DNA of 64,000 nt from Ptychomitrium polyphyllum (Eukaryota): positions 10,540,001 to 10,604,000 of the forward strand of contig OZ316775.1 of the NCBI GenBank assembly GCA_973851085.1, given 5' to 3'. The notes beneath the pieces were generated by a model, which worked only from the letters and a program-made list of their open reading frames with translations, was not told where the DNA came from and did not search any database. Positions 36,787 to 52,751 of this stretch are shown piece by piece; position 1 is the first letter of the stretch; each line of letters opens with the position of its first letter. Both the position numbers and the translations under genes were made by a program.

Positions 36787-38966
36787 TCAGGTGGAAGAAT
36801 CCAAAGTGGAGTCTTTAAGCAACCAAGTGAAGAAGTCACAATGCACATCATGGGAGTGTCGTAGCTCTCCATACTTCAGTAGAGCACTCCACAGCTGACC
36901 TACGTCATACTTCTTTTCCACAATATGGTGCACAGCTTCAGAGAGCCTTTCTCCTCTTTGATCTTGAAATGTGTAATACTTGACAGTCGGCCAACCTGCT
37001 TCAGACGCTGCAAGCCACTGCAGAATGCTCTTGATGGGAAGATTCCCTCCGAATGCCCCACATCCCCAATTCCCAGTAGCAATTCCTCTGTATTTTTCCG
37101 TTTCGCCTGTCAGTCGGATCAAAGAACTAACAAGACTCAGAAAATGACCATTTATTGCTTACAAAGTATTTGTGCAATTTTGGATATTGTCTCTTCAAAG
37201 GACCTCAAAATATGACTCCTACTATTGGATTGCACTTCCGTTTTGGACATGAGAAAGTTCAAATCATAGCCGATTTTGGCCAACTGCTATGACTAAATGA
37301 CACAAGGTACAGTAAATCATAGTAGTGGTGCTTCTTAAGACTAGCAAAGCTGAATAAGATACCAAGAAGAACTTACCAGTACTTCCCGAAGTGTTGGAGG
37401 CCACCACCTCGGTTGGCAGAAACCCACAACAGGCCTTACACGCCTCTCTCAGCAAGAGCTTCTCCTGAAACTGAGAATCTCCCGGTCGTGCCTTTGCATC
37501 CATGGCAATGATTTTCGTGTAATGCCGACCCCATGCATCTCGCGGAGTAGAATCTACAAAATCACCGGCGTAGTGGAATTTTCCAGCGTAACCAGCGTAA
37601 TTACTAAACCTCTCGGAGCCTGTGATTTCGATAGTCTCGTTCTCGGCCATAGCAGGCAGGAAGAGCATTCCCACAATAAGTTCAGGGCTCAACATGAAGC
37701 GAATTTCTTCCTGCACGCAACCCATACGGAGAACCCCACCCCCTAGAAACTTATTTGCAAAATCCACCTGTGCGTACTCCCATCCCGCGTCTTCGATTAT
37801 CCCTTGATCCAAGCTCTCGAAGGAACACAATGGAGTGTGACTGTCCCTCCAAAATGCGGGCTCCATTACCTTGTGTTTCGGCAGAGGAAGAACTTTGCGT
37901 TCGTAAGATATTGTTCCTTGTGGCATGGACTCACACACGCGCTTGAAGTAGTTAATCAAGCAGTGAAGTTTGTGAATTTGGCTCATTCGGCCCCAGACGC
38001 TAGCAAACATCGCGTCCATATTGATCGCTGGCAATCGGTGCTCATCACGTTTCGAGCAAGGAAACAAGCACAAGAAAGCACATGAGAGAATGGATGCGGC
38101 TAATTCTTGGGTGATCACTACGATGCCGGGTTGTTGAGGATGCATTATCTGCAACCAGAATCAGGAGACGAGTCACATAGCCGCACATAATCATACGGAC
38201 AGAAAGTTAAGTCTCTAAAACCCTAATTCTAGAAGAAGTTCCTAAACCTACACAACCTTTTGAGACGAGTTCAAAAAACTTGCGCAGTAATTCAAATCCT
38301 GAACGCGTTATCTTTCTGTTACATTCCCTGAGAATTTAGAAAAACAGGGTTCGAATGCGGACGCCATTCGAAGTGATTCATTTATTCTGCGGCACTTGAT
38401 GATCCATGTTGACATTATACAATATACAGAAGCAGAGACGCACGTAACAATCTGAGCTGAGTTTGCAAGGAAGCATTAGTCAACAAGCATCTAAAACCGC
38501 TCACTAGTCCCTTAAATGTAAGAGAGAGATCAACTGCCGCAAGTTCTTGGATTAGAGCACTCACCTTTAAAGACAATGGCACAAGAACCCCCGTGTCATC
38601 ACCATCCCCGGAATTCTTCACCACTTCAGCCACCTTCTTGCTCTGCTCAATCTGCTCCACGAGAAGCTCTGGGAGACGCAATGCAAGATCTGCCATCTTT
38701 GGCAACGTCTTCTCAAAGAAAATCTTCGACTTTGCCGCCTCCACTACCTCATCGAAATAGTACTGAACCCCGTCCGCAGCTTCGGGATTCGTGTCCGGGT
38801 GCGCCACTTGCGACAGAAGGTCCGCTAATGCAAGACCCGTACACACGTCGTTCACTTCTGAACCCTCAGACAGTCTCTTCAGGGAGCATCGCAATCCATT
38901 GTTCCACTTATAGACACCCTCAGGTCCTTCCCACTCCACTGGCAGAAACTCCTCCCACAACACCAT
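36787..38966 (-). CDS. PARG: Poly(ADP-ribose) glycohydrolase, ~497 aa; exons 38966-38565, 38148-37377, 37106-36787
   Basis: Catalytic signature VDFANKFLGGGVLRMGCVQEEIRF (GGG-x6-QEE), plus GSERFSNYAGY and IATGNWGCGAFGG. Frame intact (1494 nt). Confidence 0.95.
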
Positions 38967-40738
38967 TGTGAGAAACCTCTAAGGGTGAAAACCTCTACGA
39001 ACTCCGGCAATGAATCCTGCGATGCAATGCACCAATGGGTACTAGACCCACTGCAAATCCGCCAAACCAAAGCCACAATCGTCTCCTTCAAGTTCACAGA
39101 GTTCACAAAACAAAGAGTGGCAGGTGATAACGGCTTGAGGGGGAGTAAGGAAACTGATATTTATTGAGCTCCGAGTCGGCCACCATGTCGGGATTGTCGG
39201 GCAAGCAAGCCGTCATTGAATCACTCCAAGATCCAATTCCTCTGCCGCGAAATTCCCTACTGTGCGAAATCAACGTCGAAAACTCTGTGGCCACGGCTGC
39301 AGCTCAATGTGTTCATCAGCCGCCGCATCCATTTTATTACTGCAAGTTGTGATAAATTTAGGGGCTTGTGCGACGCCACCTGAATCCTCACTCACTCTCG
39401 AAATCTAACAAGCAACATTTGTGCATGGTTAGATCACTTGGATCATGAGTGGCGCACCATTTGCGGAGAATTTTGAGCAACCAGTGCATAGTCTAGACTC
39501 TGAATGAATAGACGTTCAGATCGAAACGGACATGGAGGATGAAGCTTGATTCCAGGGGATTGGGAGTGTAGGAGTTGCACCTAAACAGATGATGGTTTTT
39601 TCTCCTGTATTGTGAAGGTTATCAGGCAATTCGCAAACTATATGAGGTACCACATGAGGTGACGACAGTGATTTCACAGAGGACGGTTAAATAATGCAGC
39701 CAACAATAATATCAATCAAGACAAGAGGCAGGTGCAACGATTCCCAAACATTATTACGTCTGCAAACACCACACTCTCCAGCAACACGAAGCGAACGAAA
39801 CAAGAATTGACTCAATCAGATATTTGCAATGCGTATCGTGAGTAAATGTAACTCATATATCTGAAACGTAGTGCAATAGCAATGCACCAACACATGCATT
39901 GCTGTTGTTGTCCTGTTCTCTGCAGGGAGCAACCATCAAGAGCAAAGAGCAGTCAATTAATTTAGCTTGTCATTGTGAAGAGTTCAGCTATACATTTCAA
40001 ACACTGTAATCGGTGTATTATTACAAAGAACCTGGTTCAGGTGCAGTTCATCTAACCACTGCTCACAGACACTCACTGAAAGTAGAAATAATGTTTAACA
40101 TAAACTAAAATGTTTGCATACGAGTTCCCACTGCTATTTCCGCTCTAACGAGTTCTCGTAATGCAGTGTTGCAGATCCTACAAGCTGGAAGTTGCAGGCA
40201 TCCACTAGAAATACCAAATGCAGAAGAGTCACAAATTTCTCAGAGGTCAACAGTTAATTGAAATCTCACACTGGGAACTGGACAGCTGCATTAAATCACA
40301 CCTAGGATATTATAGATTTCAAGGTTGCGAACTGAAAGAAACCCCTCAGGATAGTCAAACTCTCGGTTAAAGGTCCAATGTTTTCTTAGGACAAATCAAG
40401 TGAAAAAAAATTCTAGAATTTCAATGAAGAGCCCTTCATGACATGGTTGTTTCTATGAGGAATGAATGTGGGCCACTTTTCCTACCTGCTCCCTACTTTG
40501 GAATGTCCGGCACATCTCACACCCTATCTGATCAATCTCCTGCGGTCTCAGGATGTAGCTGTAACCCATAACAACAATCCATCATCATCCTATTTCTCCA
40601 CTAGCCTATCAATGGAACACAAGCTGGAACACAAGGCACTGCCGCCGCGCTACTAAAGCTCCCTTTCATTGGCACCTACACTATCCACACGGCCTTATGT
40701 CCAGCTTACTACATCTCACAAAATTACATCAGGTTGAC

Positions 40739-43252
40739 TCAAAACCGGAAGCTAGGGTCAACCTCCATGGCCCAAGCAAACTTGGAAAGCAACGACTTGT
40801 TGAATATTTTCTCAATGGGCACCTCATGACGTTTGCACCAAGCCACTGTTATACGAGGATCCATGTAGTTAATCTTTGAGGTTCCCAAGGCAACAGTCTT
40901 CAGATCATCCTTAACACTCATATCTAGTCTCATCTTGTCTATCTTTTGTTTTGTAGCTGCAATCTTCTTTTCAAGGGCTTCTGGGTTCTGATTTCTCTTG
41001 ACCTTCCCCTCAGAATCTTTCAGAGGAGGCTTACCTTTCTTAGCCCTATCCAAGTCTGTCTCCAACTCTTCAATCAACTCCTCCAATTCCGTTATCTTAC
41101 CTTCTAATCTCTCCATTTGAGCACTATGTCCCTTCGATACAGACCGCTGATGATTACACAGAATGGCCACCTCCTTATTAGCACGCTGATAATCTGCTAT
41201 CATTTCAATTGTGGTTTCCCCATCAGTATCCTGGAGCAGCCTGTCTAGGGTGATGGAAGCATTGTATGTACGGAACACCTTGGCAGTAAGACTAGGCATT
41301 ATCTCCTTCAAGTGCACATTCAACTTCGTCGTGTCCAGTCTATCAAAAAGATCAGCCCCCTCTTTCTTGCCTTTCTTGAACTGACCTATAGCCTTATATA
41401 CCTGCTCCTCAACCTCCACAGTGTTGAAATACCGGATTGAGTCCTTTCCCAGAAAATCGAACTGAAGAGACCTTGGTGCAACTAGAGTGACATGTTCTAC
41501 TTTAAGAGAGCAACAACCCACTGTATCAGCCTCATCTTCGTCTTTCTCGTTACCAGCACGAAGGGCGAGGCGATCAATAAGATACGTAGCTACAGCAATC
41601 TGCTGCTTGGTAGGGTCTGAGGATCTGAAGTCTGCTGTGTACGTCTTTCGAATGTCATCAATGTAGTCTTTGAGCATGCGTGCTTTTTCGTACTTTTGCA
41701 TATCACTTTGGCCCTTCAGATTGCTGCTGGCTGCTAAGAAGACATACTTGAAATCTTTGTTATTGATTGGGTCGTTCCAGAACGCAAGCCATGTCACAGT
41801 ATTGTCATTCCTAATCTCCTTCCACCTCTGCCCAGGAATTGGACACTCCGGCACAGGGGCATCTTTCCCAATATTGATAACAATATCTCGGGGCAGAATC
41901 CTCGTCTTCAGCTTCCCCATCTTGGGATGATCTCCACGGCCTCGGAACAGGCCAGGAGGCTCCACCCGGAAGTTGCCGACCTTCTCCTTCACACCATCAA
42001 CAAGAGCCCACATATACTTCTCCTCCAGAACAAGCTTCTCCTCTTTCAACCTCTTCTTCTCATCCGCCGACAAGTTCTTCTTTCTCTCCTTCTCCCTCGC
42101 ATGCCACTCATAGATGGGAGTGAAATCGCAAAGCTCAAACTTCTTAATCACGTGATGCTTTCCTAGATACGGTTTCCAATCATCCCAAAAGTTTTTGAGA
42201 AACCTGGGTTTGGTCGCGTAATCTGTGTCCTTCATCACGGCAAACATAGTCGCAATCTCCTCTTGCTCAGGTGTGAGATCCACCGGCTTTCCATCATAAA
42301 GCATCTTCACACCATGAGGCTCATAAGGAGGAGGAAAGATCACACCATTGTGCTCTAAAGTCTGCCACTTCACACCATCGCCACTTGCAGGCTCGATCTT
42401 CTTGGACTTGGTCGTCGTTTTCGTTACCTTCATCATCTTCTTCTTGGTTACCAATTGCTTAACTTGCAATTTCTTGGCCTTCTGCCTCTCCAGCAACTTC
42501 TTCGCCGAGTTTGCAGTAGACCCTGCACTAGAAGAGGCTTTTACTTTCTGCTGCACGACCTTGTTGATAATAGTGGAACGTTGGGCTATAGGAAGATCGT
42601 CATCATCATCATCGTCTCCATCAACATCCATCTTACTTTCAGTTTTTGCTGAAGACGGAGCAGTAGTTCTAGGCGTCTTCACAGATGATGGAGTAGAAGG
42701 CTTACCCTGTGACACTTCCTTGACTCCTTGCTCCGTCTTCGGCAATGAATCCTTCCGTTGATAAGTAACCAGGGGTCTGCGCTGTGATAGCGGCTTGTCA
42801 TCCTCCGAATCATCATCTCCGGTGCTTGGAGCAATCTTTTTTTGAGCGCGAGCTAGAAGCTTCTCATCGTCATCGGATTCATCATGGGCTGACAGCTCCT
42901 TCTCCGTCGCTCTTTTCTCCTTCGTAGAAACAACATCCTTCTCTCTCTTCACAACAGGAGCCCCCTGCACGACTTTGCCTTTCGCAGTGGAAGGCAATCG
43001 ACTGGCCAATGGCATGTCATCGTCAGAATCATCATTCACTACGAACTTCCGAACCGGGGCTGCAGGTTTCGCCGCTAAACCACTCTTACGACGCTCAAAT
43101 GTGCGATGACTATCAGCATCCCTCGGAGAACCCTCCCTACTCCGTCCTCCGCCAATTCCAGACTTCGAGCTCCCGGCTGTACTCGCATTCTGCCCATCCT
43201 CCAACTTCTGCCGTTTCGGTGGCTGAGATAAACCCTCGTCATCTTCCCCCAT
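40739..43252 (-). CDS. TOP1: DNA topoisomerase I (type IB), 837 aa, coding sequence without introns
   Basis: [65 protein letters not shown] and the catalytic Tyr in [10 protein letters not shown]. Charged N-terminus with DDSDDD.PL repeats. Confidence 0.98.
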   Translation of the reverse strand: MGEDDEGLSQPPKRQKLEDGQNASTAGSSKSGIGGGRSREGSPRDADSHRTFERRKSGLAAKPAAPVRKFVVNDDSDDDMPLASRLPSTAKGKVVQGAPVVKREKDVVSTKEKRATEKELSAHDESDDDEKLLARAQKKIAPSTGDDDSEDDKPLSQRRPLVTYQRKDSLPKTEQGVKEVSQGKPSTPSSVKTPRTTAPSSAKTESKMDVDGDDDDDDDLPIAQRSTIINKVVQQKVKASSSAGSTANSAKKLLERQKAKKLQVKQLVTKKKMMKVTKTTTKSKKIEPASGDGVKWQTLEHNGVIFPPPYEPHGVKMLYDGKPVDLTPEQEEIATMFAVMKDTDYATKPRFLKNFWDDWKPYLGKHHVIKKFELCDFTPIYEWHAREKERKKNLSADEKKRLKEEKLVLEEKYMWALVDGVKEKVGNFRVEPPGLFRGRGDHPKMGKLKTRILPRDIVINIGKDAPVPECPIPGQRWKEIRNDNTVTWLAFWNDPINNKDFKYVFLAASSNLKGQSDMQKYEKARMLKDYIDDIRKTYTADFRSSDPTKQQIAVATYLIDRLALRAGNEKDEDEADTVGCCSLKVEHVTLVAPRSLQFDFLGKDSIRYFNTVEVEEQVYKAIGQFKKGKKEGADLFDRLDTTKLNVHLKEIMPSLTAKVFRTYNASITLDRLLQDTDGETTIEMIADYQRANKEVAILCNHQRSVSKGHSAQMERLEGKITELEELIEELETDLDRAKKGKPPLKDSEGKVKRNQNPEALEKKIAATKQKIDKMRLDMSVKDDLKTVALGTSKINYMDPRITVAWCKRHEVPIEKIFNKSLLSKFAWAMEVDPSFRF

Positions 43253-43687
43253 CTCACACTTCTTGCAGGTCGTTCCCTATCAATCCCTACTCCTCATATC
43301 AAACGCCATTTCATAAACTCCGGCTCTCGCCGCCACCAAACACCATCGAACCAAGAACCAAGAACTAAGAAGTCCATGTACAAACCAAAATCCGCAATGA
43401 CCCAAATCTTCCAAAACTCCAATTTCTCCTACAAAATCCTCTCACTCTCTCTCCCTACAATCAAGACCCCCACACACCTCCATCACCACCAAACGATCCC
43501 TCCTCTTCATCCCTCCCACACCCTCCCCTCTTCACCCCCCACCCAACAAAACTAACCTAACCCCCACCCCAACCTCCCTCCCCCACCCCCACCACCCGAA
43601 AATTCGCTACCACCCAACCCCTACACCACCATCTCACGAAATCCCCCACCTCCAACTGCCCTGCACCCACCAAACCTCCCCTCGCAG

Positions 43688-43696
43688 AAACCCTAA
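43688..43696. promoter_or_regulatory. Telo-box (AAACCCTAA) in the TOP1 5' region; similar motifs at ~48458 (MYST 5') and ~55135 (ClpR2 intron 1)
   Basis: Exact motif seen. Telo-boxes are known near the TSS of plant housekeeping and replication genes. Confidence 0.4.
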
Positions 43697-43763
43697 AAAT
43701 CACGCACCCTTATTCACTTCCTCCCAAATCCTCCCACTCAGGCCCCTCCAAACCCAAACGCCG

Positions 43764-43798
43764 CCACTCCACTCCACTCCACTCCACTCCACTCCACT
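43764..43798. repeat. (CCACT)7 microsatellite, followed by a CT-rich tract
   Basis: Directly visible. Confidence 0.95.
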
Positions 43799-44429
43799 CT
43801 ATCTCTCCCTCCACCCCTCTCTATCTTTCTCTCTCTCGCAATCGCCACCAAATTGCACCAAACTTGACCAAGCCCAGCAAACGGAACTCCCCGGAGTGGT
43901 GGCTGCAATGGCGTCAGGGTGACGGCTATGGCGTGAAAGGATGTATGTTACTGTACCAAGTGAGAAGCAGAGGTAGTGTGGTACTAGCGAAGGGCAATCA
44001 AGTAAAGTAAAGCGAGAACTTGGAGTCCGAATGTGGGGTGAGGTGGGGTGGGATGGGGTGCCTGGGGTGGGATAGGGGTGCCTGGGGTGCCTGGGGTGCA
44101 GCAATGGGCTGGGCTAGGCTGGGCTGGGCTGAGAGAGAGCCAAGCTTGGCAATCTGTGATTGGAAGGGCCAGGTAGGAGTTGTGGTAGCCCCTTTCCCTT
44201 TCATTTTCCTTTCCTTTCCCTTGCTTTGCTTTCGTTTCCTTTCGTTTCTTTTCCTTGGAGGGAGGAAGTGCCACAAGTTGGGCGGAGGCGAGGGCGGTGA
44301 GGTGATGCTTCCTTTCTCTCTGTTTAGGTGAGGTGGGGTGCTGCTTTGGGAGCCACGCCTGCTTGCTCCCCCGACCCTAATTTGAGGACGGAGCTAGATG
44401 GCCCATACAGGAGTGGGATTGGGAGTTTC

Positions 44430-45300
44430 TTTTGCTTGGGTTGGGAATAAACGCTGGTTGTAATGTGTTGTTTTTGGATTTGTAGAAATCTTCTTTGTTT
44501 CAGCATTATTTGTCGTCAAAGAAACCATAATAGTAGCATTTATGTTAGAAAAGAGTTTTGTCACCTTTTTAACTTTGAGAAATGCTTGTGCCAACATTTT
44601 CTTGCCATTGTGGTTGAAAATGATCCTTGATGTAGCCAAACTTACAAGCCATTTATCAATTTTAAACAAAAGATGTAAACAAGTTGATTCTTGGCAAATA
44701 CATCTCCAAATCCCATTGCAAACCGTATTAAACACATAAATACAATATATGGTGTGTCTTCTTTTTCATGTCATATGTTTTAAATATTCTACATTTCATT
44801 ATACACAAAGTCTTCATGTTCAACTTTCAAATGTGCTATGAACAATTGTATTGTGTCAAATATTGGTGGCTCTCCTAGTGCAAACAAAGCTACTTGTGTT
44901 GCTTGTGCCATTTGTGACAAAGCAAATGTATTGTTGCCTCTTAATGACACTTCAACTATTAAAGCCTTTTTTTTTGTATTTTCAATCATTGCAAGAGTTA
45001 AATTAATAAGAACCTCTCCTTGAAGGCAGAGATGAAAATTGTTTAGAACTCCCAATAGCGCTTTATGTGCTCTTCTATCAAATTTTTATAAATCTTAGAG
45101 TCCTTACATTTAAATTGTCATAGCAATAATTCAAATGCATATCAATCATAGAAATTGAGGATTTTATAGTGTTTTTTTCATCTAAAATTTAGAATCTTAG
45201 CGGTTATTTGGAAATAAATTATTCCAAAAGATTATTACCATAAAATTTGCAATTTATAAGAAATTACTTTCCAAACACCACAATTTAAAAAGCACTGCCT
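44430..45300 (-). mobile_element. Possible degraded LTR-retrotransposon gag fragment
   Basis: Broken minus-strand frames LCLQGEVLIN..., PIFDTIQLFIAHLKVEHEDFVYNEM and FNTVCN loosely match the Retrotrans_gag pattern (L.G.A..W; TW..F...L...F; Y...F..L). CpG-poor and interrupted. Confidence 0.35.
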
Positions 45301-48300
45301 ATAAGGTGCATACATAATAATCTTGCAGGCCATTAATTTATCTCATGCCATTAATAAACACAAATTATTTACAATACAAAATGAGGCAATACTATATATC
45401 AACAACAACAATGACTTCAATAAGCAAAGGTATTAAATATAAAATCTAAAAATCCATAAATGGATCTTCTTTTCCACATAATGAATTACAAAACTTAAAA
45501 TAATTGAAAGCTACTAGAATCCACCAATGGTAGATATTAACCAATTACAAAAACTTCAAACAACAAAGAACAAAATAACAACAGAAGTGGTTTTTGCATT
45601 TATTAAGTGCAAAGTACAATTCAAACTTATACATCCATTTGGATGAAGTAAAAAAGAAAGCTTGAAATATATAACAAATATATAAGCTTAAATTTAAAAA
45701 TGAAGGACAAAATTATTCAGAATTTAGTAGATTCCGTCACCATATATTTAAGATTCCAATGGTTGTTGGCAGTAGGTGTGCTGCAGTAGCTTTGGCTTAC
45801 TTGCAAGCCTACATGCTTGTCTTTTCTTCTTTTCTTTAAAATTTAATAATAATAATAATAATATATGATTGTAAAATTTTTTATTCTTATTTTTAAATTC
45901 CAATTTCTTTTAAATACAAAATTTGAAGGATAAAAAGATAAATTTTTTTAAAAGAATAATTCAATAAATGCATGAAACAATCAATTTTTTTGTAAAGTGA
46001 ATAAAAAAGAAATTGCAAAACATAAATCTAAGTAATTATTTGTTTACAATTCTTAATGCAAGCAATTACAAAAGCTTTAAGTTTTACAAAAAGGCAAAAT
46101 TGCCATACCTGAAAAAATTTACAATTATAAGATTTTCAAATACATTCACAAAATTTGATTTGGCAAAAAATGCCAATCCAAAAGAGCTTCTTCATTTAGC
46201 ATTCCTTCCAATTTTTAATAAACATTAATAAAACCAATTAATATGATATTTGTATTAGATGAATGGAAAACTAATTGGTAAGCCAAAGCTATCGCAACAC
46301 CAAATAATATTGCATTTAATCAACAGTCTAAGCATCTAATGTCAAATCATGTGATGTCTTTTAAAATATGCTTGAATATATTGGTTATTCATGTGCCAAA
46401 TACAAATTCTTACACATGCTTTATATATGTCAAAGAAATTTTTTCACCATCAAATTTGATTTCTTTTTTACTATAGTTTAAAAAAAATAAAAATTTTGAT
46501 TTATTTTTTATAAATGATATTGAAATTGAATCTTTTTTGGTTTACATACAATAAAACACAAGAAAATTTCAATTTGGACTCAAAGTAAACATAATTTTTA
46601 ATCTTTTTAATTTTTTTATAAATTATCAAAGTTGTTAATTTTAATCACTATTGACAATTTTTCACAATAATCACTTCTAATTGGTAATTGCATTAATCAT
46701 TTTTGAATTATACATAAACATTTAAAATTAAACATAATTATGTTTAATTCAAATTTATGGTAGTTTTTATTATTAATAAAATCAATTTTAATTAAGAAAT
46801 ATATATTTTATAATCTTTAATAAAAATAATTTTTTGTTTTAAAATTTTAATGACCATAATTAACCACAATTTCAAAAAAATTAATAAACTACACCTAAAA
46901 AGTACTAAATTCAAATAAAAGTGATTTTGTATAAATATTGGCTATATGATGAGTAAAGCCTTTATAAATATGGCTTTAAGGCTTGAATTTTGAAAACAAT
47001 AATAAGCATTTACACTTATCATGTATACTTTGAAATGTAATAGATTCAATAATTATTTGAATTAATCATTCACAATAGCCATGTATAACAATCATTTATT
47101 CTATCTGTGCATAAGATTGAGTATAATTAGATATAACAATCATTTATAATAATTGTATATATTTGGAATGTAATTTAATACAATAATTACTTATAATAAT
47201 GAATTATGCTTTGAACAATTGTGAATTGAATTTGAAAATTTTTATAAAAAAAGAAATTGATATTTAAATAATATGGCATGTTTTTTAATTCTATAAGGAA
47301 TATTAATTTAAGATCTTTGTATGATCTTTAATGATTTAGAAAAATCTTATACATTTATTTAATGATTTATAAAAATCATGAGGTCAACTTTTTTATTAAT
47401 AATAATTTCTTTGATTTTGTCGAGAATTTAAAATAAAAGTGATTTAAACTATTTCTTAAATGTATATTATTTTATTGGCAATAGATTGTATATACAACAA
47501 TGAAACACATTGTAATATAAAAGTTCAATAAATAATACCTTTTGTCTTGTAGTCCAATTTTGAATAAAAATTAAAAAAGAAGTACAAATTAAGTATTAGT
47601 GTATGGTATCAATTTAAAAACTAATAATTTTAAAAAGATTATTGCATCAAGACATGTATATTTTCTTCATTTTAAAAACATTTTTTGAAGAAGTTTGAAG
47701 AACTTGTGCTATTATATTCCACCAAATTTGATAGACAATCATTACATTGAAAAGAGAATTAGATGATTGTTGGATGAAATCTGAACTGGAACGGAAAACA
47801 TCAATGATCTTTAAAGTGAAATAATGGAATTGAATGAAATTATAAACGATGTTTTTGGGTGAATAATTTATTTTAGATGAAAACAAATTTTGAATGAAAA
47901 AGACATATTTTCGGAGGAATGTGTCAACGGAACATCAAACACATTCATTTGTTACAGCTTGCCCATGGCAAAGTTTGAGTAGTATTTGGGACGTAAGGAT
48001 CATCTAGATGCAAAGAACTTGTTATCCATCCTGCTGTGACTTCTTCAACTCTCCTACATTCCCATTTATCTTTTAGAGCTCGCCATTCTGCATCTTGCTT
48101 GAGGGTTTGATATCTTTGCATTTTAATATCACTAGGGTCTGCACCCTGTTGTTCCAATATATAAACGAAAATAACATATCCATAGCTGAACGTGTTCTGT
48201 TACCGAAAACATGGATAAACAAAAATTTCTTGTGTGTCACCGACTTTTTCCAAATTGCCGCCTGAAGTAGAAAATGCAGCCTGCCGTGCTGACTCATCGA

Positions 48301-48364
48301 GGGCTACCTCTGCGTTCTTAAAAGTTCCCCTCTGTTCCCGAACTGCGTTTCCATTCGTTGGTAA

Positions 48365-50284
<1,920 letters not shown>

Positions 50285-51631
50285 GTAGCTTCGATCCAAA
50301 TTGGGTGCAATTGTATGATATCTACGTAAGCGTTTTTTGGTTTACTACGAAATTATTACTGCAATTTTTGCTTGCATGCTCTTATAGCACACCTTTCAGT
50401 TCTGCGATTACGTGTGCGGTAGTAGTTGTGTAAAGTCGATTGAAGGGTGAGTTTTTGTTAACAAATATTAGTGCTTGCTACAGGATGCTAGAACGATTCA
50501 ATCCTGTGGACGATATTTTTGAAGGATGTGAAATACTTGATCATATGTCAACACAGAAGAGGGTGGATATGTGCTTAATTGGGCGTCGCCCTTTTAGACC
50601 TCGGCGATAACATTGGGCTTTCTTTCACTCCCATTACTTTCCTTGTAGTGACTGCTAGTCTTGGAGGTTACATTACCATCATGGTATAGCAGGCAACTAG
50701 TTGATAGTAGCACTCGGTGAAAATTTTGGACATGTTTATTAACTGTAAAAATTGTAATTTTTCTCCGTAAATCGAACAGGTTTCTCATTTCCCAGTGGTT
50801 TGTTTTACGTTCTCATGTAATTTATTTCCTCTTGTTGTAGATGTTAATGCATGCTGCAGAATTCTAGAATCAGCGATTATATTATTGGTGTGGTACTGTG
50901 ACGCGGCCAGTAACAATGAAGATATAGATAATTGTACGTGCAGCGTACCCATGAATGCAGCAGGCTAGGAATAGCGCACGAGTTCCTTACGGAGCTGTTA
51001 CACCTTGAGGGTTCGTATTGAGGATTATGAGGTTGGCTGGGTAGTCATCTACACCAGTACAAATCTCGCACCTACCTCGACGACAACCTGCGCCTCTTCT
51101 CAAGTTCTCTGCTTCATTCCGACACAGTTGTGGTAGAAGATCTAATTATTACAGTAACATGGTCAATCTCGCTCGATCAGCATTCTGCAGCAATTTTTCC
51201 TGTGGTTCAACTTATTACAGTTACGAGCATAATTAGTAGCTGAGCACTCGTCGAATGGAGAGTTAATGCTATCTATCTGGTTTACAGGACATCTATGTCA
51301 GTACTGTAACGGTCTCTTCGTCTCTGCACTGTTTGAAGAATTTCGCATTTCCCATGTAGGTGTTACACTAGAACTCGTTGTAATTCGCTCCGCTATTTTC
51401 CGTCTTAATGTGTTAGATTTTACTGGTGACAATAGGATTTGGTGGTCCTCTCTAATCAAATTGAGCAGTTTCTCCAGATTTGAAATGATGTGTCTTATCA
51501 TGCACGGAAAGTCGAAGTCGATGAGTTAATAGCGCCATCACGACCTTTCGGTGTGAACTTAATATCCGCTCTCGTGTTTGAATACAGCTGAGTTAGACTG
51601 AACTAGGTACTTAGCTTGTAAAACTGATTGA

Positions 51632-52751
51632 ATGATGGCGAACGTGCATTTAAGTAAACCGGAGAGCCGATGCTTAATGGGGTTATGGATATTTGTGGCG
51701 GGATTGGTGTGGCTGAGTTCTGCTGCGGAGGCCATGAGGTTCGAGCTGGACATGAGAGAATGTTGGGTGCACGAGGTGCCTTCGGGTGGGGACCTTATGC
51801 ATGTGTCTTTTGTGGTCATCAAGGCGGCTAACCCTTGGGGTGGTGGGCACCATCGTAGAGGAGCATACGTAGGAGTGGATTTATCTGTAAGTACCCATGC
51901 AGCACTGTACCTTTTTGTCTAGATATGGAGCAGCCTATTTACTGCCACTGTCTGGCCTCTCTAGGAGTAAATTTTACTCAAACTATTGCTTCAATAACGT
52001 TAAGGACCTAAACAAGAGCCAAACTTTCAACAGAAATGCAAGCTGATTCAGCTTCCATATGCATAATTTCTGGCAGGTTGAAGACCCTGGGGGCAAGGAA
52101 GTATACATCATAAAACAACGAATGCAATGGAAGTACAATCTGACTGCCATCCAGAAGGGATCATACAAATTTTGTTTCCAGAACCGAGTTTCGATGCTGC
52201 AGACTATTGATTTCAACGTGCACGTTGGTCACTTATTCCAAGATGAGCCTATCAAGGATGGTAAATAAAGTTTCAACCACTACCATGTACGTTCGATTGA
52301 TTGATAAAGGGCTGCTCCGTTGCTAATGCACGTGTACCGAACATCTTACCTACTAAACTGTGTGAGTTGAGAAATTGGATGGCAGAGCATCTATATGCGC
52401 TATTCGCGCAGATTGCAAAGGTAGAAGATGCGCTTTTTTTTGTGCAATTCGAGCAACACTGGCTTCACTCACAGACTGCTCAACAAGCCCAGGGTATGGC
52501 CCTCTTTATCCTCCAATCCCATAACTCTACCACCTGATTTTCAAATAGTCATGTTGAAGAAGCTGAACATAGATCCTAACTCCCGAGTTTTTCATTTTGG
52601 CCTCCTTGCAGTTGCTAAAGGCCTGAGCAGGCGCGTTTTGTACAAGGCTGCAGTAGAGTTCCTATCATTGATAGGTTGCAGTGTGCTCCAGATTGTGCTT
52701 TTGCAGCGTCTATTTGAGAAAAGGCTTGGTTTGTGCCCTCTGCGAGTGTAA
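51632..52751 (+). CDS. p24/emp24 GOLD-domain cargo receptor, p24beta2-like, ~228 aa; exons 51632-51886, 52077-52260, 52386-52493, 52612-52751
   Basis: Signal peptide, ECW...GSYKFCFQN GOLD cysteines, VQFEQHWL coiled region, a TM segment and the tail RLFEKRLGLCPLRV*. Confidence 0.9.

Noticed and set aside
38350..38372. 8-bp inverted repeat TTCGAATG...CATTCGAA in PARG intron 1
   Set aside because: Too short to distinguish from chance, with no miRNA-length stem or tRNA structure.
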